64,000 nt of DNA from an uncultured Planctomycetota bacterium (GCA_963849325.1 CAWKHF010000012.1:672001-736000); one strand, 5' to 3'. Counted from the first letter of the stretch, positions 10,289 through 23,479 are shown. The notes: a model not told the origin generated them from the sequence alone. Program-made: numbers and translations.

Positions 10289-10920
10289 CCGCTCCGCTTG
10301 TGTACGTGGTCGATGCGAGTGTGGCGGCCCAGGTGGTCTCGCCCGAACCGTTGACCGCTCAGGCGACGGCCCTTTTCGCCTTGCTGAACGGCAACCGGGC
10401 CACGTTTCACGTTCCCGAATTGTTTTACGTCGAATGCGCAAACATCTTCTGGAAGAAGAAACAGCGCGGCGTTTGCTCCGAGAGTCAGGCCGTGCAAGCC
10501 CTGGCTGATTTGCTCGCTTTGCCGCTGATTTCCGCAGCCAATTCGCTGCTGGCCGTCGAGGCGTTGAAACTGGCCGTCGCGCTAGACATCACGGCCTACG
10601 ACGCCTGCTATCTCGCCCTGGCCGAACGACTGGGCGTGCCCTTCATCACGGCGGACCAGAAATTGGAGCGGAAACTCGCCGGCAGCGGGCGAGCGGTCCT
10701 TTGGCTTGCGCCTGGACGCCTTGAAACACGCGAGCGCGGCCTGAAGGTGGACGAGTTCGGCTTCAACGTCAGCGAAGACCGCGTTCGCATCCACGACCTG
10801 CACGCAACGCTGTTGCACCTACTCGGCTTCGATCACACGAAATTGACGTATCGCTTCCAGGGCCGCGATTTCCGCCTGACCGACGTCCATGGCCAGCTCG
10901 TCCGCAAGCTGCTGGCATGA
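10285..10920 (+). CDS. vapC: VapC/PIN-domain toxin, read through in frame into a duplicated DUF1501 tail
   Basis: VVDASV, VECANIFW, AYDACYLALA, FITAD; the PIN domain ends near 10710. Confidence 0.85.
   Translation: MTAPLVYVVDASVAAQVVSPEPLTAQATALFALLNGNRATFHVPELFYVECANIFWKKKQRGVCSESQAVQALADLLALPLISAANSLLAVEALKLAVALDITAYDACYLALAERLGVPFITADQKLERKLAGSGRAVLWLAPGRLETRERGLKVDEFGFNVSEDRVRIHDLHATLLHLLGFDHTKLTYRFQGRDFRLTDVHGQLVRKLLA
10750..10920 (+). repeat. Diverged direct duplicate of the last 171 bp of the DUF1501 gene (9841-10011)
   Basis: Both copies encode [51 protein letters not shown] with many synonymous differences. Confidence 0.92.
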
Positions 10921-11056
10921 GGGGAGCCGTTCGCGGATTGACGCCGGGAGAATCGTTGCATACGCGGAGGGAGCGGGTACAATCGACCCGTTCGCAGGAA
11001 GCGGACCCCGCGTCATTTCCCCGGAAGGAGCCTGTCCCGCTGTTGGGAGCGCTCCC

Positions 11057-12179
11057 ATGCGTCGCCTCTCATTGTTGCTGGTGATGGCGTGTTCCGTGTC
11101 GGCGGCCCGCGCGGCCGAACCGGCCGACAAGCACGAGGGCAAGCTTTTCGTGCTCGGCATCGCCCTCAACCAGTTTCCCGACAAGAAGAACAAGGAAACA
11201 ATTGCCTCGTTCAACTATTGCGCCGAGGAGTTCACCCGCCTCTTGCGGGAGGGTGGCGCGCCAGTCCATCGCCAGGTCGAGGCGCACGCTCCTGGGCCGT
11301 CAGGTGACGGGGTCGCGCTGCCAATCCGAGCTGGCGCGCCTGGTCCAGCGCGCGGCGCGGCAAGACGTGGTCGTTCTGGGCATCTTTGGCCACGGACTCA
11401 GCCACGCCAAGGAGGGCTGGGGCATCGAGACCGCCGATCGGCAGACGCTGTGGGGCCATCAAATCAAGGCCGTCCTCAGTCGGCTGCCCTGCTCCGCCCT
11501 GATCGTGATCGAAACCGGCACCTCGGCCGCGCTCGTCAAGGGACGAAGCAAGAGCGCCGCGCTGTCGCCCAACGTCACCGCCCTTTGTGCCTGCCGCGGC
11601 CGCCAGCAGAGCGACAACCACCTCAGCCTCGCCGTCGCCGAGGCGCTGGCGGGCAAGGCCGACTTCGACAAGGATGGCGTCGTCGAGATGGCGGAGCTAA
11701 TGAGCTACGTCCGACTGCGCCTCCAGGAGCTGGACCCCGACGGCCGAGCCGGCAAGGACGGCGAGGCGCCGCTGCTGGTCGAGGCGAAGGCGGGGCCGCC
11801 CAGGTTGCCGTTGACGGCGGTGACGGCCGACCTGGTGACGGTGGCCATCAAGGACGAGTGGTATCAGGCCCGGCTGCTGAAGAAGGGAGAAAACGGCCGT
11901 TTTCGGATCCATCCCCTTGGCTGGGACGCCAGGCCGGGTCCATACTTTTTGGCCGACGAGGTGGACCGCGAGCACATTTGTCTGCCCGGTGATCCGCCGC
12001 CGGTCAAGGTCGAGGTCAACGGCCGGATGCGTCTGGCCCGGCTGGTGAGCAAGGACGGCACGCAGTGGAAGGTGCGGTATCTCGGCGGCGCGGGGAAGGA
12101 AGAAACCGTTCCCGGAACCAAGGTCAAGCAACTGTTTGGGACCGAGACCCGCGTGCCGAAAAAACGCAAGAAGGCGTGA
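11057..12179 (+). CDS. Secreted caspase-like (C14) domain protein with C-terminal Tudor/SH3-like barrels (frameshift near 11280)
   Basis: Signal peptide, LFVLGIALNQF, DVVVLGIFGHG, ADFDKDGVVEMAEL, WYQARLLK and WKVRYLG repeats. Confidence 0.65.
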
Positions 12180-12301
12180 GAGGCGGCGGACGAGGAGGTC
12201 AGGGCGAATACGATGAAAGAAAACTCCCGCGCTTGCTGGAGGCTGATCGGCTGGGGCAGGAGGCGGCGGCTGACCTGACATCCCTCCTGCTCGCTCGATG
12301 G

Positions 12302-12910
12302 TTATGCGGCTTGCGCGGACACGCCTTGGATGGCCGCTAGCGCCAAGGCGGCATATCGAGGATTGAGGTCAATCCCCAGACAGCGCCGGCCGATTGACAC
12401 AGCGACGCGACAAGCTGTTCCCGATCCCGCGAAAGGATCGACCACTAGATCGCCGGGGTCGCTGCACGCTTCGATAATAGGACGAACCAGTTGCTCCGAG
12501 AAAGTGGCGTAGTGGCGCTCGGACGTGTTCGACGCCGGCAGGGACCATACGTCGGTAGGCAGGCAACCGCGCGGGTTTAGCTTGAACGTCTGTCCGTGCC
12601 GCATACAAGAATCTTTGGCATTTCGTCGTGTGCAGCTTTTGGAACCTCCGTAGGACTGACCAGCCCCCCAACGCCTCAGCGTCGCAGCTGCATAGGGAAC
12701 ACGCACCGCATCGGCGTTGAAGCGGTAGCCACTGGGGCGCTTGGTCAAGAAGAGGATGTGCTCGTGACCAGCACGCCAGCGATTCCGCGGACTTTCGGGT
12801 GCGGGGTCCGATTTGTTCCAGATGATGTCGTTGCGGACGGTCCATCCTATCGAGTCGGCCAACAATGCGATTCGGTGGGGAACCAGCAACGGCTTGCGTT
12901 TCGCTAGACG
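12302..12910 (-). pseudogene. 5'-truncated N4/N6 DNA methyltransferase (beta class)
   Basis: IIWNK, HEHILFLTK, HYATF and VVDPFAGSGT are present; no upstream SPPY/DPPY motif before the divergent gene at 12977. Confidence 0.75.
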
Positions 12911-12976
12911 CGAGTAGACAATTCCTGCTATTGCGAGGTCAACAACCCTTGCTTTGCATAAACAGGAACCGAGGTC

Positions 12977-13744
12977 ATGACTCACGATCTGAACCACCGC
13001 CGCTTGGAAATAGAAGCAATCGTCCTCGGATACGCGATGAGTCGCCTTGATGAGAGGTATTTGCGTTCTCGCGGGGTTCGGACGTGGAAAAGAGCCTTCG
13101 AGGAAGCTGCCACGGCTTTAGCTATCCGCTCCTCGAGCATCAAGAACCTCCGTGACGAGTTCGATCCCGCCCACGGCAATGACCGGAGAGGATGGCATCA
13201 GCGACCTCTCCGTCCGAATCGCCAGAGGGTGCTGGATGATTTGAAGGATGTTAGCGATGATGCCTTGATGGCTCTCGTTGATCGAATCATTGCTCGCGAT
13301 CAGGAAGCGACCGCCGAGGCAGTGGATTCCATGGCCGCGATTCCTCGCACGGCCCATAATGTTGCAGAAAGATTGCTGACAGGACGGAGGGCCGAAGAGT
13401 ATTTCCTGGCGCACAGTCGATCCCTTGTAGGCATCGAGGCTGATGAGTTGGAGGATCGACGGCTATCGGCATGTGGATATGACTTCGGGGTGAGGCGACT
13501 CCCCGAGGTGGGCATCGAAATAAAGGGGTTGAAACACGTCACTGGAGAAGTGTTGTTCACGGATCGCGAGTGGAGTGAGGCGAATACTCGTCAGGAGCAT
13601 TACTGGCTCGTAGTAATCGGGAACCTGGAATCGAAACCTCGGGGCAAAGTGCTACGAAATCCTCACAGCAATCTGCCAGCAATCTGTTCCTATCAGATGA
13701 CTGTTGCCGCAGTTTGGCGATCTAAATTCAGTGTTGCATCCTAA
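12977..13744 (+). CDS. Putative nuclease with C-terminal DUF3883/NOV-C-like PD-(D/E)xK domain
   Basis: TGRRAEEYF, GYDF...IEIKG, YWLVVI; lower GC than the surroundings. Confidence 0.7.
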   Translation: MTHDLNHRRLEIEAIVLGYAMSRLDERYLRSRGVRTWKRAFEEAATALAIRSSSIKNLRDEFDPAHGNDRRGWHQRPLRPNRQRVLDDLKDVSDDALMALVDRIIARDQEATAEAVDSMAAIPRTAHNVAERLLTGRRAEEYFLAHSRSLVGIEADELEDRRLSACGYDFGVRRLPEVGIEIKGLKHVTGEVLFTDREWSEANTRQEHYWLVVIGNLESKPRGKVLRNPHSNLPAICSYQMTVAAVWRSKFSVAS

Positions 13745-13811
13745 ACTTTCCGGAATGGCAGCCGCGAAGACAGAGCGAACCGGGATGCGGACTCCAATTG
13801 CGAGAATCATC

Positions 13812-13838
13812 GGCGAGCGGGGCCGCGTAAGCGTCCCG
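13812..13838. repeat. Single REP-like unit related to the 1689 palindrome arm
   Basis: ggcgagcggggccgcgtaagcgtcccg shares the GGCGAGCGGGG start. Confidence 0.5.
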
Positions 13839-13839
13839 A

Positions 13840-14786
13840 GAAGTGGCCTGGCATCGGGGCCATCGTCACATGAAATGTCGTGCTCTCGACGATGAAATCG
13901 CCAGGCTGGCCGGAAAGGTCGTCCGCCGCCGAGTTACTTGAAGGGATGATCAGTCCAGTCGGAACCCGTCCTGGGTCCAGTTCCATTACCTTCATGGCCC
14001 TGAGCAATTTCTCGACCGCATCCTCCCGATCGACTTCAAAATCGCTTTGATCTAGATAGTCGCTGGACGGTTGCTTCAGAGTGTCGTATGCCGCTTCCAA
14101 AGCTCGCAGGATGACATTCCGTTCGTTATCGTTCATTGCTCTCTCCTCTCGGTACAGGTTGACTTTCAGCTAGGTATTCGACCGTTTTGAATGTCCCGTT
14201 GGGTTAGATTTATTTCTCACCTTGACCTTGGGGAAGCGCAGCTGGAGTTTCGCGCCGACCAGATATTGGGCCACGGGGCCGCGCTTCCCCGTCTCCTCGG
14301 CCAAAGCGAGCAAATCGCAGATGAAATGTCGGGTGCTTTGAGTGGGGTCGTAAACGGGCTTCAAACGCTCCCGATTGTGAAATTCGCGGACTTTATCGAC
14401 TAGAAAACTCTGGAGTTCGTGAAGCACGGCCCGTCGCTCCTCCTCGCCCAGCGCTTGCAGGCCGGCGGACCCGATCGCTCCCAACAGCCCTTTCGCGTAG
14501 GCCGGAGATGCGCGGTTGGTTCGCCCGCCCTCGCCGACAAAGGCCCGAGTCTCGCCAAAGGCGGCGAGGATGTTCCTCACGGCGGCACCGGACGCCCCCT
14601 GAATCTGAGCGCCTCCCGGCGCGAGGTGGGAGGCGAGATCCAGGTCGAAGCTGGTCTTCAATCGCTCCAGCACCACCAAGCCCACGGCGAGCGCCCCCTT
14701 GGGGGGAGCGCTGCCGGAGGCTCTGGGCGCGAAAGCGCGTCGTACCACGCCCGCAACTCGGCCAGCGCTTTCCTATGGGAGGTCAT
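13840..14786 (-). pseudogene. DUF4928-like protein, interrupted by a 270-bp insert and 3'-truncated
   Basis: GEGGRTNR, GPVAQYLVGAKLQLRFP, then after the insert SAADD..PGDF...FHVTMAPM in the same frame. Confidence 0.65.
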
Positions 14787-15084
14787 GACGGCTTCTCGGC
14801 GGGAAGCTGAGCGAGAGGATGCGCAAGTGCGCAATCCGCAACACTCGCTATTTTGCGCAGGCTTGTTCAAGCCCGCAAGAGGCTGGCAAGAATTGTGGCT
14901 TCCAGTGCTAGGATTGAGAACGTCGCGCACGGTAAAGTCCGCAAGCTCGCTGGGCAGGGGTGTCCGCTGTCCCTTTTGCCTCGTGGCGCGGCCCCCTCCT
15001 CTGCGGAGCGACGGTCTTTCGGGTTCGCCATAGAATCTACCCGGAGACACGGCATTAAAGCGCCCCGCCAACGACAGGCCGATC

Positions 15085-16735
15085 ATGCAAGACACCACCA
15101 AGAAGATCCTCCGTTTGCTGCACCCGGACCAACAGGCGGACGTGCGCTGTGCCGCCGCCCTAGTACTCGGTGAGATCGGTGGCAAGGACGCCGAGTTGAC
15201 CCGCGCCCTGTGCGACGCCCTGAGCGACAGCGAGTCGCAGCTGCGCTTGCAGGTCATCCGCGCCGTGGGCAAGCTCAAGATCGAGGCGGCGCTGCCGCGA
15301 CTTGCTGGAACGCATCAAGGAGGGCGGCGAGGAGGCGGAGCAGGCGGCGCAGGCGGCGGCGAAGCTTGGGTCCAAGGGCAGCCGCGCCCTGCAAGAACTG
15401 ATGCCGAAGGTCGCGCCGGGGCTGCGGCGTTACATCGCCTCGGCGCTGGCGGCGGCCGGCACCGCCAGCGCCGAGACGGCGGCCGTCGCCGTGCTGCTCG
15501 ACCGAGACCCCGGCGTCGTCGAGGCGGCCGTGCGCTCGCTCAGCGCCCAGGTCCACACGCTGACGCCGGCCCATCGCAAGGCGCTCGCCGACCAACTGCT
15601 GGAACTGGCGAATAATAAGAGAGAGCCGCTGGCCCCGGCGTCCGAGTCGGCCGTGCTGCGTCTGCTGGCCGGGCTGGATGACCCGCGGATCGAGGCAGTG
15701 CTATGGGAGCGCATCGTCCCGCCGCATCCGCCGGAGGTGCGCGCCGCCGCCCTGCAAGCGCTGGGCAAGTGGGCGACTTCGCCCGGCAAGGAACAGCTCA
15801 AACGGCTGTTCGCCTGCGCCACCGAGACGGATTTTCGACTGGCCGCGCCGGCGCTGGTGCTGCTTGAAGAACCTGCCGGTCGGCGATCGCGCCGTGTCGG
15901 AGTGGCTGACGCTGTTGCAGGCGGCGGACGTGGCGGTGCGCAAGCTGGCGATGGAGAAGGTCGGCGACCGCGACAACGCCGAAGTGGCCGACGCCCTCTT
16001 GCGACAGCTCGACCACCCCGACCGCTCGCTGCGCGACGGCGCCCTGGCCCGGCTGGCGCGGCTGAAGAAGGGACAGCAGGCGTTGACGGACGCCCTGCTC
16101 GAAGCGGACTCGCCCGAACGGGCATGGGTGCTGGCGCGGCGCAGGCGCCATTCGCCCGCAAGTATCCGCCGGATTGGCGTGAAAAGGTGTTCGCGCAAGC
16201 ATGTGAATACCTGGAGGCGAACGACCGGCGGGCCGACGCGCTGTTGTTTCTGCTGCGCGAGGCCGACGCCGTCGAGCTACGCGATCGGCTCGAACAGCGC
16301 GCCATCCACTGGCGCAAGAAGAAGGCGTATGAGAAGGCCTTGCTGTATCTGCGGCTGCTGATCCGCGATCCGTCGAGCGGCTTTCCGATCCGCCTGGAGT
16401 TGGCGTGCTGCGGCCTGAAGGTGTCCAGCCACGACTTGTCGCCGGAGGCGCGGACGAATGATCCGTGTCTGCAACAGTTCGCCACGCTCTGCCAGGGCTA
16501 CGAGGCCGAGCTGTCGGCCGAGCTGAAGAAAATCAAGTGGCTGGAGGCGGAAGATCTGTATTACCTGGGTTTTCACTTCGCGGAACAGGTAGGACAGCAA
16601 AGACAATTCGGCGGCAAGGTGCTGCGATGGATGGTCAAGCGCTCGCCGCGGACGAAACTGGCGCAGTCGGCGAAGAGCAAGCTGCGCGGCGCGGGGCTGG
16701 AACAGGTCACCGTCGCGGTGAAAGGGAACTCCTGA
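15085..16735 (+). CDS. HEAT-repeat protein (three frameshifts)
   Basis: DVRCAAALVLGE, EVRAAALQALG, AVRKLAMEKVG spread over ORFs 15085, 15302 and 15678. Confidence 0.8.
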
Positions 16736-16809
16736 TATAAATGAAAGAACGGTGAAGTGGTCCGCGGGACCGCCTCTCTCCTCATCACGAGGCTCCAGAG
16801 GAGTCCTTC

Positions 16810-18189
16810 ATGTCGTGGCGTCCGCTCGTCGCCCTCACCCGCCGCGGACTGGCGCTGCTGTCCAACGCCGCCGTCCTGGTCATCCTGATTGGTCTTCTCT
16901 GGTGGGGGCGGGTGCAGAAATGGAAGGTGCCTTCCTTCGTCGCCCTCACGGGCGCCGCCGCCGAGGAGAAGGCCAAGGTGGCGGAGACCCTCAGCGGGAC
17001 CGGGACGAACATCGCGCCCATCTCGGCGGGCAACCCTAGCCTCCGGGACGAAGAGCCGCCCCTGTATCAGGTTCGCCTGCGCTCGGTGGAAACCGTCGGC
17101 AAGGCGGGCATCCAGGTCGCGGCGGTTGCGGAACGCGCCCTGGCCCAGTACGTGACCGCCAACGGCGTCCTCGACTTCGATCAGACGCAGTACGCCGAAC
17201 TGTCGCCGCGCACCTCGGGCACCGTCTGGCGCATGCTGAAAAAAGAGGGCGACCCGGTTCGCAAGGGCGAAGTGCTGGCCCTGGTGGCCGCTCCTGACGT
17301 GGCTCGCGCCAAGGCGGAGCTGCTGCAAGGACTGCTGCGCATCGAAGTGCGGACGCGCGTCCTCAAACGCCTGGAGTCGGCCCAGGACGTCATCGCCCTG
17401 CGGCAACTGCACGACGCCGAGGCTGCCCTGGCCGAAACGCAGCTCCGCCTCTTCGACAATCAGCAAAGCCTCATCAATCTCGGCCTGCCCGTCGAGGTCG
17501 AGGCGCTGCGCAGACTCTCCGAGTCGAAACGGACCCAGGTTCTGCGTGTCCTGGGCGTTCCCGAAGCCCTCCAGCGCGACAGCGCCGGCGCGACGCTGCC
17601 GACCAACCTCCTGCCGCTGATCGCTCCCTTCGACGGCGAGATCGTCAAGCGCGACATGGTGGAAGGCGAGGTGGTGACCAGTTCGCAGGTGCAACTGATC
17701 GTGGCCGATACGCGGCGGCTGTGGATCCGGCTGGACGTGCGCCTCGAAGACGCCAACGACGTGAAGATCGGTCAGGAAGTCCGCTTCGAGCCGGACGGGC
17801 CCGGCAAAGAACCGGCGTCCGGCCGCGTCACCTGGATACGTCCCGGTGTCGAGAAGAAGACACGCACCGTCCACGTGCGGGCGGAGGTCGCCAACGGCGG
17901 TGGTTGGCTGCGGCCGGACACGTTCGGCACCGGCCACATCCTCGTCCGCTCGTCGGAGCGCAGCGTCGCCGTGCCCACGTCGGCCATCCAGCGCGAGGGC
18001 AAGGTCTACTTCGTTTTCGTCCGCGCCGGCGATCGCGCCTTCGAGCAGCGCCGCATCGTGCCGGGCATTCACGCCGGCGACGTTACCGAGGTCCGCTCCG
18101 GCGTTCAGCCCGGCGAACTCGTGGTGACGGCCGGTAGTCACCTGCTCAAGTCGGCCATCGTCCGCAGTCGCCTCGCCGGGGAAAATTGA
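16810..18189 (+). CDS. Efflux RND periplasmic adaptor (CzcB/CusB-like)
   Basis: N-terminal TM, GDPVRKGEVL, IAPFDGEI, TRTVHVRA, VAVPTSAI, GELVVTAGS. Confidence 0.9.
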   Translation: MSWRPLVALTRRGLALLSNAAVLVILIGLLWWGRVQKWKVPSFVALTGAAAEEKAKVAETLSGTGTNIAPISAGNPSLRDEEPPLYQVRLRSVETVGKAGIQVAAVAERALAQYVTANGVLDFDQTQYAELSPRTSGTVWRMLKKEGDPVRKGEVLALVAAPDVARAKAELLQGLLRIEVRTRVLKRLESAQDVIALRQLHDAEAALAETQLRLFDNQQSLINLGLPVEVEALRRLSESKRTQVLRVLGVPEALQRDSAGATLPTNLLPLIAPFDGEIVKRDMVEGEVVTSSQVQLIVADTRRLWIRLDVRLEDANDVKIGQEVRFEPDGPGKEPASGRVTWIRPGVEKKTRTVHVRAEVANGGGWLRPDTFGTGHILVRSSERSVAVPTSAIQREGKVYFVFVRAGDRAFEQRRIVPGIHAGDVTEVRSGVQPGELVVTAGSHLLKSAIVRSRLAGEN

Positions 18190-18200
18190 TACGAAATGGA

Positions 18201-18257
18201 TCCGAGCCTGAAGCATAAGCGAAGGATTGGCAACTTCGCTTACGCTTCAGGCTCGGA
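18201..18257. repeat. REP palindrome of the CCGAGCCTGAAGC family, copy 1
   Basis: tccgagcctgaagcataagcgaag...cttcgcttacgcttcaggctcgga. Confidence 0.85.
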
Positions 18258-18267
18258 GGAGATCTTC

Positions 18268-20838
<2,571 letters not shown>

Positions 20839-20849
<11 letters not shown>

Positions 20850-20892
20850 AGCGTGAGCGAAGAGCACTCTTCGCTGAGGCTTCAGGCTCGGA
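20839..20892. repeat. REP palindrome of the CCGAGCCTGAAGC family, copy 2
   Basis: tccgagcctgaagcgtgagcgaagag-cac-tcttcgctgaggcttcaggctcgga; contains the czcA stop codon. Confidence 0.85.
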
Positions 20893-20908
20893 TTGGCGCC
20901 CAAACGTC

Positions 20909-22168
20909 TCAGCGGAACTTCTCCATCTGCAACAGTCCCGCCACCTGCACGGCGTTGGTCCACAGGTTTATCAGCGCATCCACATAATCGCTGTTGGCCT
21001 GCACCAAACTCCGCTGCACCTGCAGGAAGGTGGCGAAGTCGGTCAACCCCTTGGCGTAGCCTTCCTGGGCCAGCCGCAGCAGTTCGCGCGTGTTGGGCAG
21101 AATCTCCGCCTCGAACTTGCGCACGATCTCGCGGGCCGCCTGATACTGGCTGAGCAGGTTGTGAGCCTGGTTGAGCAGGTTGAACTGGATCGTCGCCAGG
21201 TTCTCCTCGGCGGCCCGCACGTTGCCTCGCGCAGCCCGGATGCCGCCCTGGTTGCGGTTGAGCACCGGGATGTCGAACTGAATGTTGAACCAGAATTGCT
21301 CGGCGCCCGGCAAGAGACCGTACTGGTACGCCGGACCCATGTACGGGTTGGGGAACGGCTCGACCTCGGCCCGGCGCAGCTGGAACTTGGTCTGCTCGAT
21401 GACCGCCTTGGCGATCAGGACCTGCGTGTTCTGCATCGTCACGAAGCGCTTGACCATCTCCTCGTCGAAGACGGGATAATCGCCGCTCAGTTCGCCGACC
21501 ACGTCGCCGCTAACCAGGCCGGGGATACCGACGAGGGCGCCGAGTTGCTTGCGGTCACCGTCGAGCAGGGCACGAGTGCTGAGCAGGTTGGCCTCGGCCC
21601 GCTGCAAGTCGAGGCGCAACAGCAGCACGTCGGCCTGGCTGGCCTCGCCGGCCTTGCGCTTCTTCTCGCCCGTCTCGTAGGAGCGGCGCAGTACCTCGAC
21701 CATCTCGTTCAGCACCTGGATGCGGCGCTGGTCGGCCAGCACCTGGTAAAACTGCTGGCGGATGTTGGTGAACAACACCAGGCGGTCCTGGGGCAGGGTG
21801 AACTCGGTCTGCCGGGCGTTCTCGTTGGCGGCGGCCTGGTCCAGCCGCTTCTTGCCCATCACGGGGATTTCCTGTTGGAAACCGGCGTTCAGCAGCGTGG
21901 TCCGGCCGTTGAAGACCTGCGGGTTGTTGGTGTCGAAGCGCGGATTGTTCCACAAGCCGGCCTGCGTGGCGGTGCCGCGGGCGGAATCGATCTGGGCGCG
22001 GTCGCGCGGCAGGATCGGGTTGTACTGATCGGCCAGTTCTTCCAGGCGTCGCAGGGTCAGCGACTCGCCGCCGTCGCGGAGGGCCGGCGGCAGCAGCGCC
22101 TGCGCCGGCAGCGCCGGCGTCAGCACCCCGAGCAGGCAACAGGCTGTCGCAAACCATCGACCCATCAC
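20909..22168 (-). CDS. TolC/CzcC-family outer membrane efflux protein
   Basis: Signal peptide, QAGLWNNP, IPVLNRNQGGI, GYAKGLTDF, coiled helices. Confidence 0.9.
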   Translation of the reverse strand: MMGRWFATACCLLGVLTPALPAQALLPPALRDGGESLTLRRLEELADQYNPILPRDRAQIDSARGTATQAGLWNNPRFDTNNPQVFNGRTTLLNAGFQQEIPVMGKKRLDQAAANENARQTEFTLPQDRLVLFTNIRQQFYQVLADQRRIQVLNEMVEVLRRSYETGEKKRKAGEASQADVLLLRLDLQRAEANLLSTRALLDGDRKQLGALVGIPGLVSGDVVGELSGDYPVFDEEMVKRFVTMQNTQVLIAKAVIEQTKFQLRRAEVEPFPNPYMGPAYQYGLLPGAEQFWFNIQFDIPVLNRNQGGIRAARGNVRAAEENLATIQFNLLNQAHNLLSQYQAAREIVRKFEAEILPNTRELLRLAQEGYAKGLTDFATFLQVQRSLVQANSDYVDALINLWTNAVQVAGLLQMEKFR

Positions 22169-22216
22169 GTCATCCCTATCTTCCGTTCTGAGTCTTTCGC
22201 TCAGAATTCAGAACTT

Positions 22217-23371
22217 TCAGTACCGCCACTCGCCGCGCAGGAAGAAACCCTGGAGTGTCAGGGCGGCGTTGGAATCGCTGGTCGCCCCCACCCACCACCA
22301 GCGCTGCCATTGGTAGCCGAACGTGAAGCGCCACAGGCGGTCGTCCCATGGGACGTAACTGAATCCGCCCTCGGTGCCGAAGATGCCCACGCCGTTGCTC
22401 TGCCGCCGCAGGGCGACCGATTCGCTGACGGGTCCGCTGTCGCTGGCGACCGTCTCGCTGAAGTGCTGCCGCGTGAAGCCGATCAGGCCGGTCGCGTCTA
22501 CCTCGCCATACAGGCGGAAATGCGAACCGGCCAGCGGCTTGTGGAACTGGAAAGCGACCGTCGGGCCGACGCCGCCGAAATTGCTGCTGGCCGATTGTTC
22601 GAGGATTTCCTGGCCGCGCGCCCGCGAATCGAAGAAGACGTTGGCCGCACTCACGCCGAAGCGCGCGGCCCAGATGCGATTCAACTCCGGGGCGTTAGTC
22701 AGGTACTCGCTGGTACCGTAGGTGAAGCTGGCGTATTGCACGTTGAGGCGGCTTTGCAGCAGGCCGGTGCCGGAGGCGTCGAAATTCGGGATGGTGTCGT
22801 TGCCCTGGCTGGCCACCATGCGCCAGTCCAGCCGCACGTCGCCGGCGCCGTTGGCGAAGCGATAGCCCAGGCGCAGGAACGGACTGCCCGTCCAACTCAG
22901 TGGGGCAATCGGCAACGTGATGTGATCGCCGAACGGCGCGAGGACGTTGGCGTTGCTTCCCGGCGGAGCGCTGGTCTGCACCGAACCCGTCGGCGTGGAC
23001 GGGGTGAGGAAAGGCGCCTTGATGTTGGTGCCGCTGTTGAGGTGCGAATCGATGTGGGGATTGATCAGGGCGCCGTCGAAATTGACGTACCAGCCGTCCC
23101 ACTGCCCCGGCGGTCCCAGCACGCCGTTCTCCTGAGGCGGTCCTTCGGCGAGCGGGGCCGGTGGTAAGCCGGGAGAGACGGGCAGGGCCGGCAGGGGAGT
23201 GGACAGCGAGGGCGGCACGACGGACGGCGGCGTTTCCAAAGGGCGCGGCGGCGTCGGGATCGTCTCGGTTGCGGAGTCGGCCGGCGGCGTGGTCTGACCG
23301 AACGTCCCGGCCGGCCCAAGTAGGCCGACCAGAACGACAAGGATCAGTAGACCACGCGGCGAAAGAAACAT
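22217..23371 (-). CDS. Planctomycete outer-membrane beta-barrel protein
   Basis: Signal peptide, Pro-rich linker, amphipathic strands, aromatic C-terminal beta signal GFFLRGEWRY. Confidence 0.75.
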   Translation of the reverse strand: MFLSPRGLLILVVLVGLLGPAGTFGQTTPPADSATETIPTPPRPLETPPSVVPPSLSTPLPALPVSPGLPPAPLAEGPPQENGVLGPPGQWDGWYVNFDGALINPHIDSHLNSGTNIKAPFLTPSTPTGSVQTSAPPGSNANVLAPFGDHITLPIAPLSWTGSPFLRLGYRFANGAGDVRLDWRMVASQGNDTIPNFDASGTGLLQSRLNVQYASFTYGTSEYLTNAPELNRIWAARFGVSAANVFFDSRARGQEILEQSASSNFGGVGPTVAFQFHKPLAGSHFRLYGEVDATGLIGFTRQHFSETVASDSGPVSESVALRRQSNGVGIFGTEGGFSYVPWDDRLWRFTFGYQWQRWWWVGATSDSNAALTLQGFFLRGEWRY

Positions 23372-23479
23372 TCGAGACATCCTCCGGGTATCCGTCTTCC
23401 GCAATTATCGAGCGAGGGCCGAAGCTCGCATCAGCATTTCCGGCATAAGCGGCACATTCGGCAAAGTCGGACGGAAGAT

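Noticed and set aside
10285-10920. PIN-DUF1501 fusion as a new domain architecture
   Set aside because: The tail is a displaced duplicate of the upstream gene's end; the in-frame join is probably incidental or caused by an indel.
14203-14209. GTTAGAT as an integron attC core
   Set aside because: It matches GTTRRRY, but I see no paired attC hairpin, cassette array or integrase; the other junction (GTTACTT) does not match.
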